A DNA stretch of 64,000 nucleotides from Bacteroidales bacterium (lineage in GTDB: Bacteria > Bacteroidota > Bacteroidia > Bacteroidales > UBA10428). The number at the start of each line of letters is the position of its first letter. The stretch's first letter is position 1. The DNA is taken from positions 9,152-73,151 of the forward strand of contig JAFGIP010000045.1 of NCBI GenBank assembly GCA_016929525.1, in the 5' to 3' direction. A program made the position numbers and the translations under genes. A model generated the notes under the pieces. It had not been told where the DNA came from. It did not search any database and saw only the letters and a program-made list of their open reading frames with translations. Positions 52,681 through 63,209 of this stretch are shown here, one piece after another.

Positions 52681-55008
52681 ATGAAGAAAGCAGAGTATTC
52701 CGAGATTGAAAAACTGTTCATAGAAAATGGTGAACCACACAGATTAAAAACAAATATTCCATACATCACTGTCGATAATTTTCCATTGCTGGGTTTTCTG
52801 ACATCCGTTCGTTTTCTCGAGTGGGTTTCACATAATCCGGAAGGAGTTATATCTCTCCCTACCGGAAAAACACCGGAATATTTTATTGTCTGGACAGTTT
52901 ATATGCTGGAGAACTGGAATACCGCCAAAGGAAAAAGAATAAGGGCTAAATACGGGCTGGAGAATTATGATAAACCGGACCTCAGTCAGTTGAGATTTGT
53001 GCAGATCGATGAGTTTTATCCGATAAGCTCAAAACAACACAATAGTTTTAATAACTATGTGAAAAAATTCTATCTAAACGGATTCAATCTTGATCCTGAC
53101 AAGGCATTACTGATTAATTCTGATGAGATTGCCCTTGCTGAAGGGAAACACTTCTCAGAGATGTTCCCTGATTCACAGGTGGATTTATCGTTGCGATACC
53201 GTGAGCCAAAGAATGCAAAAGAACTTCTTCAGCAGGAATCGATTTTTGCGATCGATAACTGGTGCACTAATTATGAGGCGAAGATCAGAGAAATGGGAGG
53301 TATCGGATTCTTCCTTGGAGGAATTGGCCCCGATGGTCACATTGCTTTTAATACCAAGGGATCTGATCATCATTCAACTACGCGGCTTACAGCTACTAAT
53401 TTTGAAACACAGGCAGTATCAGCTGCCGATCTGGGTGGTATTGAGATTTCAAGGAACAGGCTTGTAATTACCATAGGCCTTGAAACAATCACATATAATC
53501 CTGACTGTGTAGCCATAATTTTTGCATCGGGTGAAGCAAAAGCCCCAATGGTTAAAGATGCTCTTGAAAACAAACCTTCAAACCTCTTTCCGGCTTCTGT
53601 TTTGGCAAAATTGCCAAATGCACGCTTTTATCTGACATCAGGTGCTGCGTCAATGCTGGAGGAATCTGTCGAAACATATTATAAACAAGGTGAATGGAAC
53701 CAGGAAAAAACTGACAGGGCTGTAATCGACCTTTGCAGGAAACTGGATAAATATGGTCATCATTTAACAATCGATGACCTTAAGGCCGATAAATACTGTA
53801 AGCTGATTCCCGGTTTAAATTCAAAGATGGTTGACACTGTTATTCAGTCAACCCTTAATAAAATGAAGAAAGGAATGCAGGGTGAAAGCAACCAGGTATA
53901 CTATCATACAGGCCCACACCACGATGATATCATGCTTGGTATTTTACCCCATATACACAGGTTGATGAGGAATGAAACCAACAAGGCTGAATTTACTGTT
54001 CTTACGTCCGGATTCACTGCTGTGACCAATTCGTTTATCATAAACACCCTTGAGGATACACGTTACTTCCTGGATAATGGTCTGATACAAATGGTAAACT
54101 ATTCCGACTTCTTTAAGGTAGGATACAAACACAAGTGGGATAAAGATGTTTACCATTATCTGATCAAGGTTGCATCCGGTGAACCTGAGGAACGCAGAAG
54201 AGGGCTGTCGCACAGAATAGTAAGAGCAATTGTTGAAATATACGGAGTAAAAGATACTGAACAGCTCAGAGACCAGATTAATGAAATACTGGCTATCCTT
54301 AAAAAAAGTTACGACGGAGAAAAAAACCCGCCGAATATTCAGCGCCTGAAAGGAATGATTAGAGAGTTTGAAGAAGAATTGGTATGGGCCTACCTTGGTA
54401 TTAAAACAAAACAAGTCCATCACCTGAGGTTAGGTTTTTATACCGGCGATATTTTTACGGAACAGCCAAAAAAAGAACGAGATGTTGAACCTGTGTTGCA
54501 GCAACTGAGAACCATTAAACCTACCGTGATCAGCCTTGCTTTCGATCCCGAAGGCAGCGGACCGGATACACATTATAAAGTACTGCAGACTATTGCAGAA
54601 GCATTACGTTTGTGGCAGCAGGAGGAAGATCTTTCGAAATTACGAATATGGGGGTATCGGAATGTATGGTACAGATTCCACCCTGCTGAAGCCAACGTAA
54701 TTGTTCCGGTATCGCTAAATGCAATGGGGGTAATGGATAACGCTTTTACCAACAGCTATCTGAGCCAGGTCGAAGCTTCTTTCCCCAGCTATCAGCACGA
54801 TGGAAAATTTAGTGAACTGACTCAACAGATATGGGTTGACCAGTTAAAAACTATTCAGCTTTTGTTGGGAAAGAACTATTTCTATCTGAACGATAGCCCA
54901 AGAATAAGGGCATCGCACGGATTACTGTTTTTTAAAGAGATGAAAATTGATGAATTCCTGCTTCATGCCAGAGAACTGGAGAAATCTATGGAGGGTATGG
55001 TAGACTGA
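52681..55008 (+). CDS. nagB: Glucosamine-6-phosphate deaminase-like domain fused to an LmbE/PIG-L-like (putative deacetylase) domain, 775 aa
   Basis: N-terminal NagB/6-phosphogluconolactonase-type motifs (ISLPTGKTPEYF, QIDEFYPI, GIGPDGHIAFN). The C-terminal half has PIG-L-type motifs (YYHTGPHHDDIMLG, AFDPEGSGPDTHYKV). Confidence 0.8.
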   Translation: MKKAEYSEIEKLFIENGEPHRLKTNIPYITVDNFPLLGFLTSVRFLEWVSHNPEGVISLPTGKTPEYFIVWTVYMLENWNTAKGKRIRAKYGLENYDKPDLSQLRFVQIDEFYPISSKQHNSFNNYVKKFYLNGFNLDPDKALLINSDEIALAEGKHFSEMFPDSQVDLSLRYREPKNAKELLQQESIFAIDNWCTNYEAKIREMGGIGFFLGGIGPDGHIAFNTKGSDHHSTTRLTATNFETQAVSAADLGGIEISRNRLVITIGLETITYNPDCVAIIFASGEAKAPMVKDALENKPSNLFPASVLAKLPNARFYLTSGAASMLEESVETYYKQGEWNQEKTDRAVIDLCRKLDKYGHHLTIDDLKADKYCKLIPGLNSKMVDTVIQSTLNKMKKGMQGESNQVYYHTGPHHDDIMLGILPHIHRLMRNETNKAEFTVLTSGFTAVTNSFIINTLEDTRYFLDNGLIQMVNYSDFFKVGYKHKWDKDVYHYLIKVASGEPEERRRGLSHRIVRAIVEIYGVKDTEQLRDQINEILAILKKSYDGEKNPPNIQRLKGMIREFEEELVWAYLGIKTKQVHHLRLGFYTGDIFTEQPKKERDVEPVLQQLRTIKPTVISLAFDPEGSGPDTHYKVLQTIAEALRLWQQEEDLSKLRIWGYRNVWYRFHPAEANVIVPVSLNAMGVMDNAFTNSYLSQVEASFPSYQHDGKFSELTQQIWVDQLKTIQLLLGKNYFYLNDSPRIRASHGLLFFKEMKIDEFLLHARELEKSMEGMVD

Positions 55009-55100
55009 TATATAATTTTCAAACCTGAATAATAGTACATTTGAACCATTGGTCGCCGGTACGGCACATTAAAAACTTATTATAACAAAAAAGATAAAGT

Positions 55101-56912
55101 ATGATAATATCATCATTCGATTGGTTGATAATTGGCCTGTATTTTCTGATAAGTATCGGGATTGGCATTTTAATGTCGAAACGTGCAGGGAGAAGTACCG
55201 GGGATTTCTTTCTCAGCGGGAGAAAATTACCATGGTATATTGCCGGCACCAGTATGGTTGCTACCACATTTGCAGCCGATACACCATTGGCCGTAACTGA
55301 ACTGGTAGCTCAAAATGGTATTGCCGGTAACTGGCTGTGGTGGAACATGTTGTTTGGTGGTATGCTTACAGTATTTTTCTTTGCAAAATTGTGGCGAAGG
55401 GCAAACATACTCACCGATGCAGAATTCGTATCGATACGTTATGACGGTAAGCCGGCTAATTTTCTACGCGGATTCAGGGCTATTTACATTGGTATTTTCA
55501 TGAATGTAATTGTCATGGCCTGGGTTAACCTTGCCATGTTGAAGATATTGAAGGTAATGTTCCCCGGGCTTACTTTCTTCGGAATAGAATCAGTACATTT
55601 TTTAGGTGCCGAACTTTCGGCGCATATAATATATGTTGGGCTGCTATTACTCTTTGTTGCTATTTACTCGGCATTGTCAGGTCTGTGGGGTGTATCAATT
55701 ACCGATACTTTTCAGTTTATTATGGCGATGACCGGGAGTATAGCACTTGCCATATTTGCTTTAAAGGAAATAGGAGGAATAGAATCATTAAAAAACAGTC
55801 TGTCAGAAAGTAAATGGGTATTTGAATTTCTCCCGGCAGTTGGTAAGGAAGCCGGTACAGGTATTAGTTCAACAGGACTCCTGAAAATGAGTATCACTGC
55901 CCTGGTAGCATACCTTGGCGTACAATGGTGGGCAAGCTGGTACCCCGGTGCCGAACCAGGCGGAGGAGGATATGTTGCCCAAAGAATGATGTCGGCTAAA
56001 GATGAAAAAAATTCTCTGTTGGCAACACTCTGGTTCCAGGTAGCTCATTATGCCCTGAGACCCTGGCCATGGGTAATCGTTGCACTGGTAACTCTTGTAA
56101 TATATCCCGCTGCACCCGACCGTGGAGCTACATACGTAATGATGATCCGCGATCTGATGCCTGCCGGTCTTTTAGGATTATTACTTGCAGCATTCTTTGC
56201 AGCATATATGTCGACAATTGCTTCGCAAACTGTATGGGGAACCTCATACATAATCAACGATTTCTATCGTCCGTTTATAAACCGGCAAAGCAATGAAAAG
56301 ACCTATGTAAAAGTATCACGGATTACTACATTTATCCTTATGCTGTTCTCATTGACTGTTACAACGCAGTTTGAAAGAATCAGTGACGCATGGCGACTGG
56401 TTTTAACGCTAAGTGCAGGTATCGGTCTTGTGTTGATACTAAGATGGTTCTGGTGGAGAATAAACGCCTGGAGTGAGATTTCAGCCATGTTTGCACCATA
56501 TCTTATATACCCGGTATTAAAGTATGTTTTCAAACTCGATGTTATCAGTTCCGATTTTGAAATCTGCCTTATAATTATTGTTATCTGGTCTACTCTGGTC
56601 TGGCTTGTTGTCACCTTCCTGACACCAGCTACCAGTAATGAAAAGCTGAAAGAATTTTTCTCCAAAGTACACCCGGGAGGTATAGGTTGGAAAAAAATAA
56701 GCGGAGAACTGAAAAATGTAAAAGGCGATACCGGCTATAAATACCTGTTCATGAACTGGCTCTGCGGTTGCATTCTGGTTATGTTCAGTTTGTTTGGTTT
56801 TGGTAAAATAATCTTCCATGAATATATACATGGTATTATTTATATAATCATCGCTTTAATGGCAGGAGCTTTAATTATACTGAATTTGAAAAAGGTCAGC
56901 CTGAGAAATTAA
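55101..56912 (+). CDS. Sodium:solute symporter (SSS) family transporter
   Basis: About 14 TM helices, the SSS N-terminal pattern (DFFLSGRKLPWYIAGTSMVATTFAADTPL) and GGGGYVAQRMMSAKDEK. Confidence 0.9.
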   Translation: MIISSFDWLIIGLYFLISIGIGILMSKRAGRSTGDFFLSGRKLPWYIAGTSMVATTFAADTPLAVTELVAQNGIAGNWLWWNMLFGGMLTVFFFAKLWRRANILTDAEFVSIRYDGKPANFLRGFRAIYIGIFMNVIVMAWVNLAMLKILKVMFPGLTFFGIESVHFLGAELSAHIIYVGLLLLFVAIYSALSGLWGVSITDTFQFIMAMTGSIALAIFALKEIGGIESLKNSLSESKWVFEFLPAVGKEAGTGISSTGLLKMSITALVAYLGVQWWASWYPGAEPGGGGYVAQRMMSAKDEKNSLLATLWFQVAHYALRPWPWVIVALVTLVIYPAAPDRGATYVMMIRDLMPAGLLGLLLAAFFAAYMSTIASQTVWGTSYIINDFYRPFINRQSNEKTYVKVSRITTFILMLFSLTVTTQFERISDAWRLVLTLSAGIGLVLILRWFWWRINAWSEISAMFAPYLIYPVLKYVFKLDVISSDFEICLIIIVIWSTLVWLVVTFLTPATSNEKLKEFFSKVHPGGIGWKKISGELKNVKGDTGYKYLFMNWLCGCILVMFSLFGFGKIIFHEYIHGIIYIIIALMAGALIILNLKKVSLRN

Positions 56913-56993
56913 TTTGTTTGTAACTATATAAGAAAAGGTAGCGTGCTGAAATTTGAAACTTAAAGCTGATTTTAGATTACAGGAAAATAATTT

Positions 56994-57881
56994 GTGAATT
57001 TTAAAATGAAAGATGTTAAAATAGTTGGAGTTGATATTGGAGGTACAAAAATCTCAGGGGGACTGGTAGTTAATAGTCATATCACGCAAAAAGCCACGAC
57101 ATGCACCGGTTCTGAGGGATCGAAGGAAGAAATTTTAAGTAATCTGTTCCGGACTATTGACAAAGTTATTATGCCCGATGTTGATGGAATTGGAATTGGT
57201 GTGCCCGGAATTATTGATATAACAAATGGCGTAGTGTATGATGTTAAAAATATCCCTACATGGAAAGAATTGCATCTCAAAGAAGAAGTTGAAAAAAAAT
57301 ACGAGGTTAAAACATACCTGAATAACGATGCGAACTGTTTTATCCTTGGTGAAAAAATATTCGGGAAAGGAACACCTTATAAGAATCTTGTTGGTCTTAC
57401 GCTTGGCACAGGACTCGGAACAGGTATACTGATAGAAAATAAGATATATTCCGGACTTGCCAATGGTGCAGGTGAATACAGTATGCTGCCCTATCGCGAT
57501 GCAAATTTTGAAATGTACTGTAGTGGCAAATTTTTCAGCCACATAAAAAAAGTCAGCGGAAAGCTGACATATGAAGCTGCCACAGTGGGAGACAAAAATG
57601 CGCTCTGGCTATGGGAAGAATATGCCATGCATCTTTCAGAACTAATTAAGGTAATTATTTATTCTATAGCCCCTGAAGCTATTATATTAGGGGGCTCTGT
57701 TAGTAAAGGATTTGAGTTCTTCATTGATCATTTAAAAAATAAATTGGGCAGGCTTGAATTGCAAAGGGTGTCACAAAAACTTATCATTGAGCGATCTGAG
57801 GTGCCCGATGTATCTATTCTGGGAGCTGCAGCTTTGTATATCAACAATAACATCATAAAAGATCAGGCACATCATGCTTAG
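56994..57881 (+). CDS. ROK-family sugar kinase (glucokinase / N-acetylglucosamine kinase-like)
   Basis: ATP-binding N-terminus VGVDIGGTKISGG and the ROK core (LNNDANCFILGE, GTGLGTG). The listed start at 56994 is GTG; the ATG at 57006 (MKDVKIVG) is an equally plausible start. Confidence 0.85.
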   Translation: MNFKMKDVKIVGVDIGGTKISGGLVVNSHITQKATTCTGSEGSKEEILSNLFRTIDKVIMPDVDGIGIGVPGIIDITNGVVYDVKNIPTWKELHLKEEVEKKYEVKTYLNNDANCFILGEKIFGKGTPYKNLVGLTLGTGLGTGILIENKIYSGLANGAGEYSMLPYRDANFEMYCSGKFFSHIKKVSGKLTYEAATVGDKNALWLWEEYAMHLSELIKVIIYSIAPEAIILGGSVSKGFEFFIDHLKNKLGRLELQRVSQKLIIERSEVPDVSILGAAALYINNNIIKDQAHHA

Positions 57882-60225
57882 TAATTCTAAAAACGTAATT
57901 AATAAAATGAAAAATATATTATCTGGTTTTCTTCTCCTTGCCATAATCACAGGATCTCTATCCTGTAAACGAAACAAATTACTGCCTGTGCAGGATGTTT
58001 CTCTTTTACCTGCCCCTGCCAAACTATTCCAACAGGAAGGCCGGCTTATTATGGAAAATCCTGTTAAAATTTACACCGACACGTCAATTGAGAATATCGG
58101 ATATGTGGTTTCATATCTCGATGATTTCTTATCCGAAATATATGGCATTGCTATAACCGAAACAAAAGATAACCTCACTGCCAATATTATACTTAATAAA
58201 AATGAAAATATTGCAGGTAATGAAGCTTATCATCTCCTGGTAAGTGACAAAGTGATTATTGAAGCAAAAGAAGCACACGGAATATTCTATGGAATACAAA
58301 CCCTGCTGCAATTATTACTTCCTCAACAGGGACTATACAGCGCTGTTACATTATCGAAAGTTGATATTGAGGATAGTCCGGCTTTTAAATGGAGAGGAAT
58401 GCATCTTGATGTCAGCAGACATTTTTTCCCCGTTGAAACAGTTAAAAAACTGATCGATCTTTTAGCAATGCATAAAATGAATACTTTCCACTGGCATCTG
58501 ACCGATGACCAGGGATGGCGCATTGAAATAAAACAGTATCCGAAACTTACTAAGATCGGGGGATGGCGCAATGGGACTGTTATCGGACATATGGCAAATT
58601 ATCCGCTTCAGTCCGACAGTATACGATATGGTGGATATTATACACAGGAAGAAATAATAGAGGTAATTGAATATGCAAACAAAAGGTTTGTAAGAATTGT
58701 GCCTGAAATTGAAATGCCGGGGCATGCCATGGCTGCCCTGGCAGCTTATCCCCAGTACTCTTGCACCGGAGGCCCTTTCGATGTATGGACAGAATGGGGG
58801 ATTAATGCCAATGTTTACTGTCCGGGAAAAGATTCGACCTTCACATTTCTTGAAAATGTACTTACTGAAGTATTTGCTTTATTCCCCGGTGAATATATAC
58901 ATATTGGCGGTGATGAATGCCTGAAAGATCAATGGCAGGAATGCAGTTATTGTCAAAAAAGAATTGATGATGAAAATCTGGAAGATGAACTGGAGTTGCA
59001 AAGCTACTTTGTCAAGCGTATTGAAGAATTCGTAAACAAGCATGGAAAAAAGCTGATCGGCTGGGATGAAATTCTCGAAGGAGGATTGCCGGAAAGAGCT
59101 GTGGTTATGTCGTGGCGGGGTACCGACGGTGGTGTAATCGCTGCCTCACATGGTCATGATGTTGTAATGACCCCCAACCCCCACCTGTATTTCGATCAAC
59201 ACCAGAGCAATTATTACGAGCCCCTTGCCATTGGCGGAATAACAACAGTTGAAGAAGTTTATAATTATAATCCAGTCCCAGCAGAACTTGACGTTAAGAG
59301 CAGAAGCCACATACTAGGTGCCCAGGCCAATCTATGGACAGAATATATCACAACACCGGAACACCTGGAATACATGATTTACCCCAGACTCTGTGCGTTG
59401 GCAGAAAGATTATGGTCCCCGGAAGAAAATATAAACTTCGATGATTTTAACAGCAGGCTTTCTGTGCATCTTCAACGTCTCGATTTATTTGGAGTAAATT
59501 ACAGAATTGATTATCCGAACGGGATTTTACCTGTCCAGTACTACTCCTCAGATACCGCAGTTATTAATCTCCTCTCCCCTGTACCCGGAGGTGAAATTCG
59601 ATATACACTAAACGGAACAGAACCAGAATCATCTTCATATATATGTGATTCGGCATTGGTTATCCACCTTAAAAAGGATACTACAATTCTTAAATTAAAA
59701 TTGTTTCTGCCATCGGGTAAATCAGGAAACAGTTTTAAAAGCTATCTGATTCGCACACCCGGTCTGCAACCTGAAATAATTGAAGACATCGAAACCGGTT
59801 TGAGTTACAGACTTTTTAATGACATTTCAACGTTAAAAGCCAGGGAAATTACTTCTTTAAAGAGTACAGTTACAGGTACAATTTCAAACTTTCAAATTCC
59901 TCCGGATACACCTTCAAATTTTTTTGGTATCGAATTCAATGGCTATTTAAGAATTGATGCCATTGGTCAATATGTATTTTCCCTATATGCCGACGATGGC
60001 GCCATTCTTTTCATTGATGACCTGGAGTTAATCACAAACGATAACTATCAGTATGGTAGTGAAAAAGCCGGTTCTATAGAATTTAGCAGTACAGGGTATT
60101 ACCCGATACGTCTTTTATATTTTAATGCTAAGTATGGAAGCGAACTTAAACTGGATTATGAAGGCCCGGGGGTCAGCAGAACTGCATTAAACAAGGCGTC
60201 CCTCTTCAGAAAATCAGACATATAA
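57874..60225 (+). CDS. GH20 beta-N-acetylhexosaminidase lipoprotein with C-terminal PA14 domain
   Basis: GH20 catalytic region (RGMHLDVSRHFF, FHWHLTDDQGWR, HIGGDEC with the Asp-Glu pair, W..EY). The C-terminal PA14-like segment reads YVFSLYADDGAILFIDD...YYPIRLLYFNAKYGSELKLDY. The lipoprotein signal ...ITGSLSC suggests a start at ATG 57907. Confidence 0.9.
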   Translation: MLSNSKNVINKMKNILSGFLLLAIITGSLSCKRNKLLPVQDVSLLPAPAKLFQQEGRLIMENPVKIYTDTSIENIGYVVSYLDDFLSEIYGIAITETKDNLTANIILNKNENIAGNEAYHLLVSDKVIIEAKEAHGIFYGIQTLLQLLLPQQGLYSAVTLSKVDIEDSPAFKWRGMHLDVSRHFFPVETVKKLIDLLAMHKMNTFHWHLTDDQGWRIEIKQYPKLTKIGGWRNGTVIGHMANYPLQSDSIRYGGYYTQEEIIEVIEYANKRFVRIVPEIEMPGHAMAALAAYPQYSCTGGPFDVWTEWGINANVYCPGKDSTFTFLENVLTEVFALFPGEYIHIGGDECLKDQWQECSYCQKRIDDENLEDELELQSYFVKRIEEFVNKHGKKLIGWDEILEGGLPERAVVMSWRGTDGGVIAASHGHDVVMTPNPHLYFDQHQSNYYEPLAIGGITTVEEVYNYNPVPAELDVKSRSHILGAQANLWTEYITTPEHLEYMIYPRLCALAERLWSPEENINFDDFNSRLSVHLQRLDLFGVNYRIDYPNGILPVQYYSSDTAVINLLSPVPGGEIRYTLNGTEPESSSYICDSALVIHLKKDTTILKLKLFLPSGKSGNSFKSYLIRTPGLQPEIIEDIETGLSYRLFNDISTLKAREITSLKSTVTGTISNFQIPPDTPSNFFGIEFNGYLRIDAIGQYVFSLYADDGAILFIDDLELITNDNYQYGSEKAGSIEFSSTGYYPIRLLYFNAKYGSELKLDYEGPGVSRTALNKASLFRKSDI

Positions 60226-60399
60226 ACATCCACGTATACTTACCAAAGAGAATTAAAATGTGAATTCTGAAGTAAAAACACCCTGGAATTTTCACGTTAT
60301 CATCTAATTATTTATCGTTGACAAAGAACAAAATGCCATAGATATTTGTATATCTAATTGTTACCATATTCTGGTAATTAATTTAAACCTGAACCGTTT

Positions 60400-61398
60400 A
60401 TGCAGCCTGCAGTCTCAGTAATAATGCCTTATTATAATGCAGCTGAATCGTTAAAAGCAAGTATCGGCAGCATCCTGAATCAGGATTATGATGATTATGA
60501 ATTAATACTTGTTGATAACAATTCTGATGATGAAAGTTATGATATAGCGTCGCAGTATTCTAAATCAAGCAAAAAGATCAGACTGATCAAAGAATTAAAA
60601 AAAGGGATGGTATTTGCCCTCAATGCAGGAATTGAGAATAGTGCGGGAAAATACATTGCTTTCTCAGATATAAATACAATTTCTGATGTTAGTCGATTAG
60701 GGCTTCAATATGAATTTCTGGAAAGAAATCCTGATGTCGATCTGAACTCGTGCTGCGTAAAATTTGATGGAAATGAGTTAAATGAACCGCAATTATTTGA
60801 GTATATACAGTGGAATAACCGCCTTATTTCACATGATGATATTTTTTTAAATCAATTTATTGAACCACCTGTTATTCATTCTTCACTAATGTTAAAGAGA
60901 AAATTAATTGATAAATATGGCAAGTACAGAATTGGATGCTTTCAGCATGAATACGAGCTAATACTTCGGTTTTTGAACAACAGCGTTAAAATGTACAAGC
61001 TTACAAATTCCCTGGTAGAATTGAATGACAGTATAAACAAGCTTTCAGAAATCAGCAATAATTATTCAGAGCATGCATTTTACGAAATAAAAAGTTATTA
61101 CCTGTATAAATGGTTGAAGCGCAATAACAGGTTTTTCCCGAAGATTGTCGTTTGGGGTGCCGGACGCGATTCCCGGCAAAGATTTTCATTTTTACAGGAT
61201 CTTGGTATTTCTCCAAAATTTTTCATCGATCAGTGGGCTAATCCACCGCGAAATGTCATTGAATACAAACAGTTATCCACTGCAGGTAAAAATTTTATAG
61301 TAAGTTATGTTAAAAATCGCGAGGCACGGGGAACAATAAGAGAGTTCCTGGTAAATTTGAGATATACAGAAGGAAAAGATTTTATTTGCGTGACATAA
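60400..61398 (+). CDS. Glycosyltransferase family 2 protein with uncharacterised C-terminal extension
   Basis: GT2 N-terminus (VSVIMPYYNAAESLKASIGSILNQDYDDYELILVDNNSDDES) and a D.D-like FSD motif. The last ~120 aa are unassigned. Confidence 0.8.
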   Translation: MQPAVSVIMPYYNAAESLKASIGSILNQDYDDYELILVDNNSDDESYDIASQYSKSSKKIRLIKELKKGMVFALNAGIENSAGKYIAFSDINTISDVSRLGLQYEFLERNPDVDLNSCCVKFDGNELNEPQLFEYIQWNNRLISHDDIFLNQFIEPPVIHSSLMLKRKLIDKYGKYRIGCFQHEYELILRFLNNSVKMYKLTNSLVELNDSINKLSEISNNYSEHAFYEIKSYYLYKWLKRNNRFFPKIVVWGAGRDSRQRFSFLQDLGISPKFFIDQWANPPRNVIEYKQLSTAGKNFIVSYVKNREARGTIREFLVNLRYTEGKDFICVT

Positions 61399-61423
61399 CT
61401 GTTCAGAATTACTTTTATACCGA

Positions 61424-62041
61424 TTATTCAAGAATAAACTCGTATTCATCAGTTAGCTCGCAGTTTTCGTATTCACTCATTATTTCATTTAAATTTGAAT
61501 ACCCGTATTGCCCTTTCTTTATTTTGTATTCAAGTTCCGGACAGTCCGAAAAGTGTTCCAGTAATGACTCTTTCTCAAAAGTTTTCGATATTGGTGGTCT
61601 TAACCATCCGTTATTCCATAAATAATACAAAGCAGTAAAGGATAGTACTGTTGAATGCAGGTTAATCTCAAGAAACTGATACAACGAATATTCTCCTTTG
61701 TATACGATCCGTAAAAACAATCTGCCCATGTCATTTGGATTCTCCATACTATGGAATTCCACTTCTGAAGCCTGATTATTATACTTAAAGCCTTTCAGAT
61801 CCTTGGGCGTAAATGTTTCTTTTTCATTACCTGCTGTATCAACTGTTGTAACACAAAACTGCAAATTGAACTGATTAATATAAAATGCTTTTGTTTTAAT
61901 TGTATCACCCTCATTAAGCCATAACTCAAAATCATATATGTACTCATCGTCGGTTTGCAGGCAAATAATAGTTGAGTTATAAACCAGCAGAATTGAACCC
62001 AAAATAATAAAAAGACTGAATTTCTTTAGTTTATTCAACAT
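61424..62041 (-). CDS. Hypothetical protein with N-terminal signal/anchor
   Basis: A 205-aa ORF with N-terminus MLNKLKKFSLFIILGSILLV. It overlaps the rlmI stop by 11 nt, so it is probably co-transcribed. Confidence 0.55.
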   Translation of the reverse strand: MLNKLKKFSLFIILGSILLVYNSTIICLQTDDEYIYDFELWLNEGDTIKTKAFYINQFNLQFCVTTVDTAGNEKETFTPKDLKGFKYNNQASEVEFHSMENPNDMGRLFLRIVYKGEYSLYQFLEINLHSTVLSFTALYYLWNNGWLRPPISKTFEKESLLEHFSDCPELEYKIKKGQYGYSNLNEIMSEYENCELTDEYEFILE

Positions 62042-63209
62042 AAAGTACTAAACCTTTAAGATATTCTCCTTCCGGATGATAAATACTTACCGGATGATCT
62101 GAAGGTTGAGATAGCTGATTCAGTATTCGAATATTTCGTTTGGCATTGGCTGAAGCAGCAAATACCGATTTACGGAAATTTTCTTTCGATACTGCCTGTG
62201 AGCAAGAGAATGTAAATAATATACCACCTGGTTTAAGTTGCTCAAGAGCTTTCTGGTTTAATCTTTTATAACCCTGCAATGCATTGTGCAATACCTTTTG
62301 ATGTTTTGCAAATGCCGGCGGATCAAGTATAATAATATCATACCTGTCTTTAATATCATGAAGATACTTAAAGGCATCCGCTTCAAATGCCTCATGCTTT
62401 GAATCCTTAAAGTTTAAAGCAATATTTTCATTAACCAGTTCAACTGCTTCTGCCGAACTATCAACTGAATGAACCAGCTTTGCCCCGCCCTTTAACGCAT
62501 AAACAGAAAAACCTCCTGTATAACAAAACATGTTCAAAACATCTTTTCCGAATGAGTATTCCTGCAATAATTTACGGTTTTCGCGCTGATCAATAAAAAA
62601 ACCCGTTTTTTGACCCTTTGTCCAGTTAACTTTAAAACTAAGTCCGTTTTCCTGTACTATTGTATCCTCAGCATTACCAAGCAAATATCCGTTTGACTTA
62701 TCTGTTTTTGTCTGAAAGGGTAATGTGGATTCACTTTTGTTAAAAATGCCAACAAGGTTTTTACCATACACTTTTTTTAAAGCAGGCACAATTGAATCAA
62801 GATTTTTATACATACCAACCGAATGCAACTGAATTACTGCATGGCCGTTGTAATAATCAATGATTAGTCCCGGCAGTGAATCCCCCTCTGCGTTGACCAG
62901 CCTGTATACATTGGTATCTTTACATTCTGCAATACACAGAGTTCTTCTTATCTCAAGTGCATTAGCTATTCGTTTATTCCAGAAATCCTGATCGGTATCT
63001 GTATTGTCAAAAGAAAGAATCCGAACCGCAATTGTACCTGCTTGGTAATGCCCTGTTGCTAAAAGATTATCTTTATTATCAAAAACGTTAACAAGGTCTC
63101 CATTTGCTATATTTGCATCCATCTTTTTAATTGCACCTGAAAAAATCCACGGATGACGTCTTAGCAAAGACACATCCTTACCCGATTTCAGAACTACCCT
63201 TCCCTTCAT
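62031..63209 (-). CDS. rlmI: Class I SAM-dependent 23S rRNA m5C methyltransferase RlmI-like
   Basis: PUA-like N-terminus (LKSGKDVSLLRRHPWIFSGAI), the SAM-binding motif (VLNMFCYTGGFSV), DPPAF, and the catalytic-Cys context FSCS. The start is placed at ATG 63209 (MKGRVVLK); the longest ORF reaches 63296. Confidence 0.85.
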   Translation of the reverse strand: MKGRVVLKSGKDVSLLRRHPWIFSGAIKKMDANIANGDLVNVFDNKDNLLATGHYQAGTIAVRILSFDNTDTDQDFWNKRIANALEIRRTLCIAECKDTNVYRLVNAEGDSLPGLIIDYYNGHAVIQLHSVGMYKNLDSIVPALKKVYGKNLVGIFNKSESTLPFQTKTDKSNGYLLGNAEDTIVQENGLSFKVNWTKGQKTGFFIDQRENRKLLQEYSFGKDVLNMFCYTGGFSVYALKGGAKLVHSVDSSAEAVELVNENIALNFKDSKHEAFEADAFKYLHDIKDRYDIIILDPPAFAKHQKVLHNALQGYKRLNQKALEQLKPGGILFTFSCSQAVSKENFRKSVFAASANAKRNIRILNQLSQPSDHPVSIYHPEGEYLKGLVLYVE

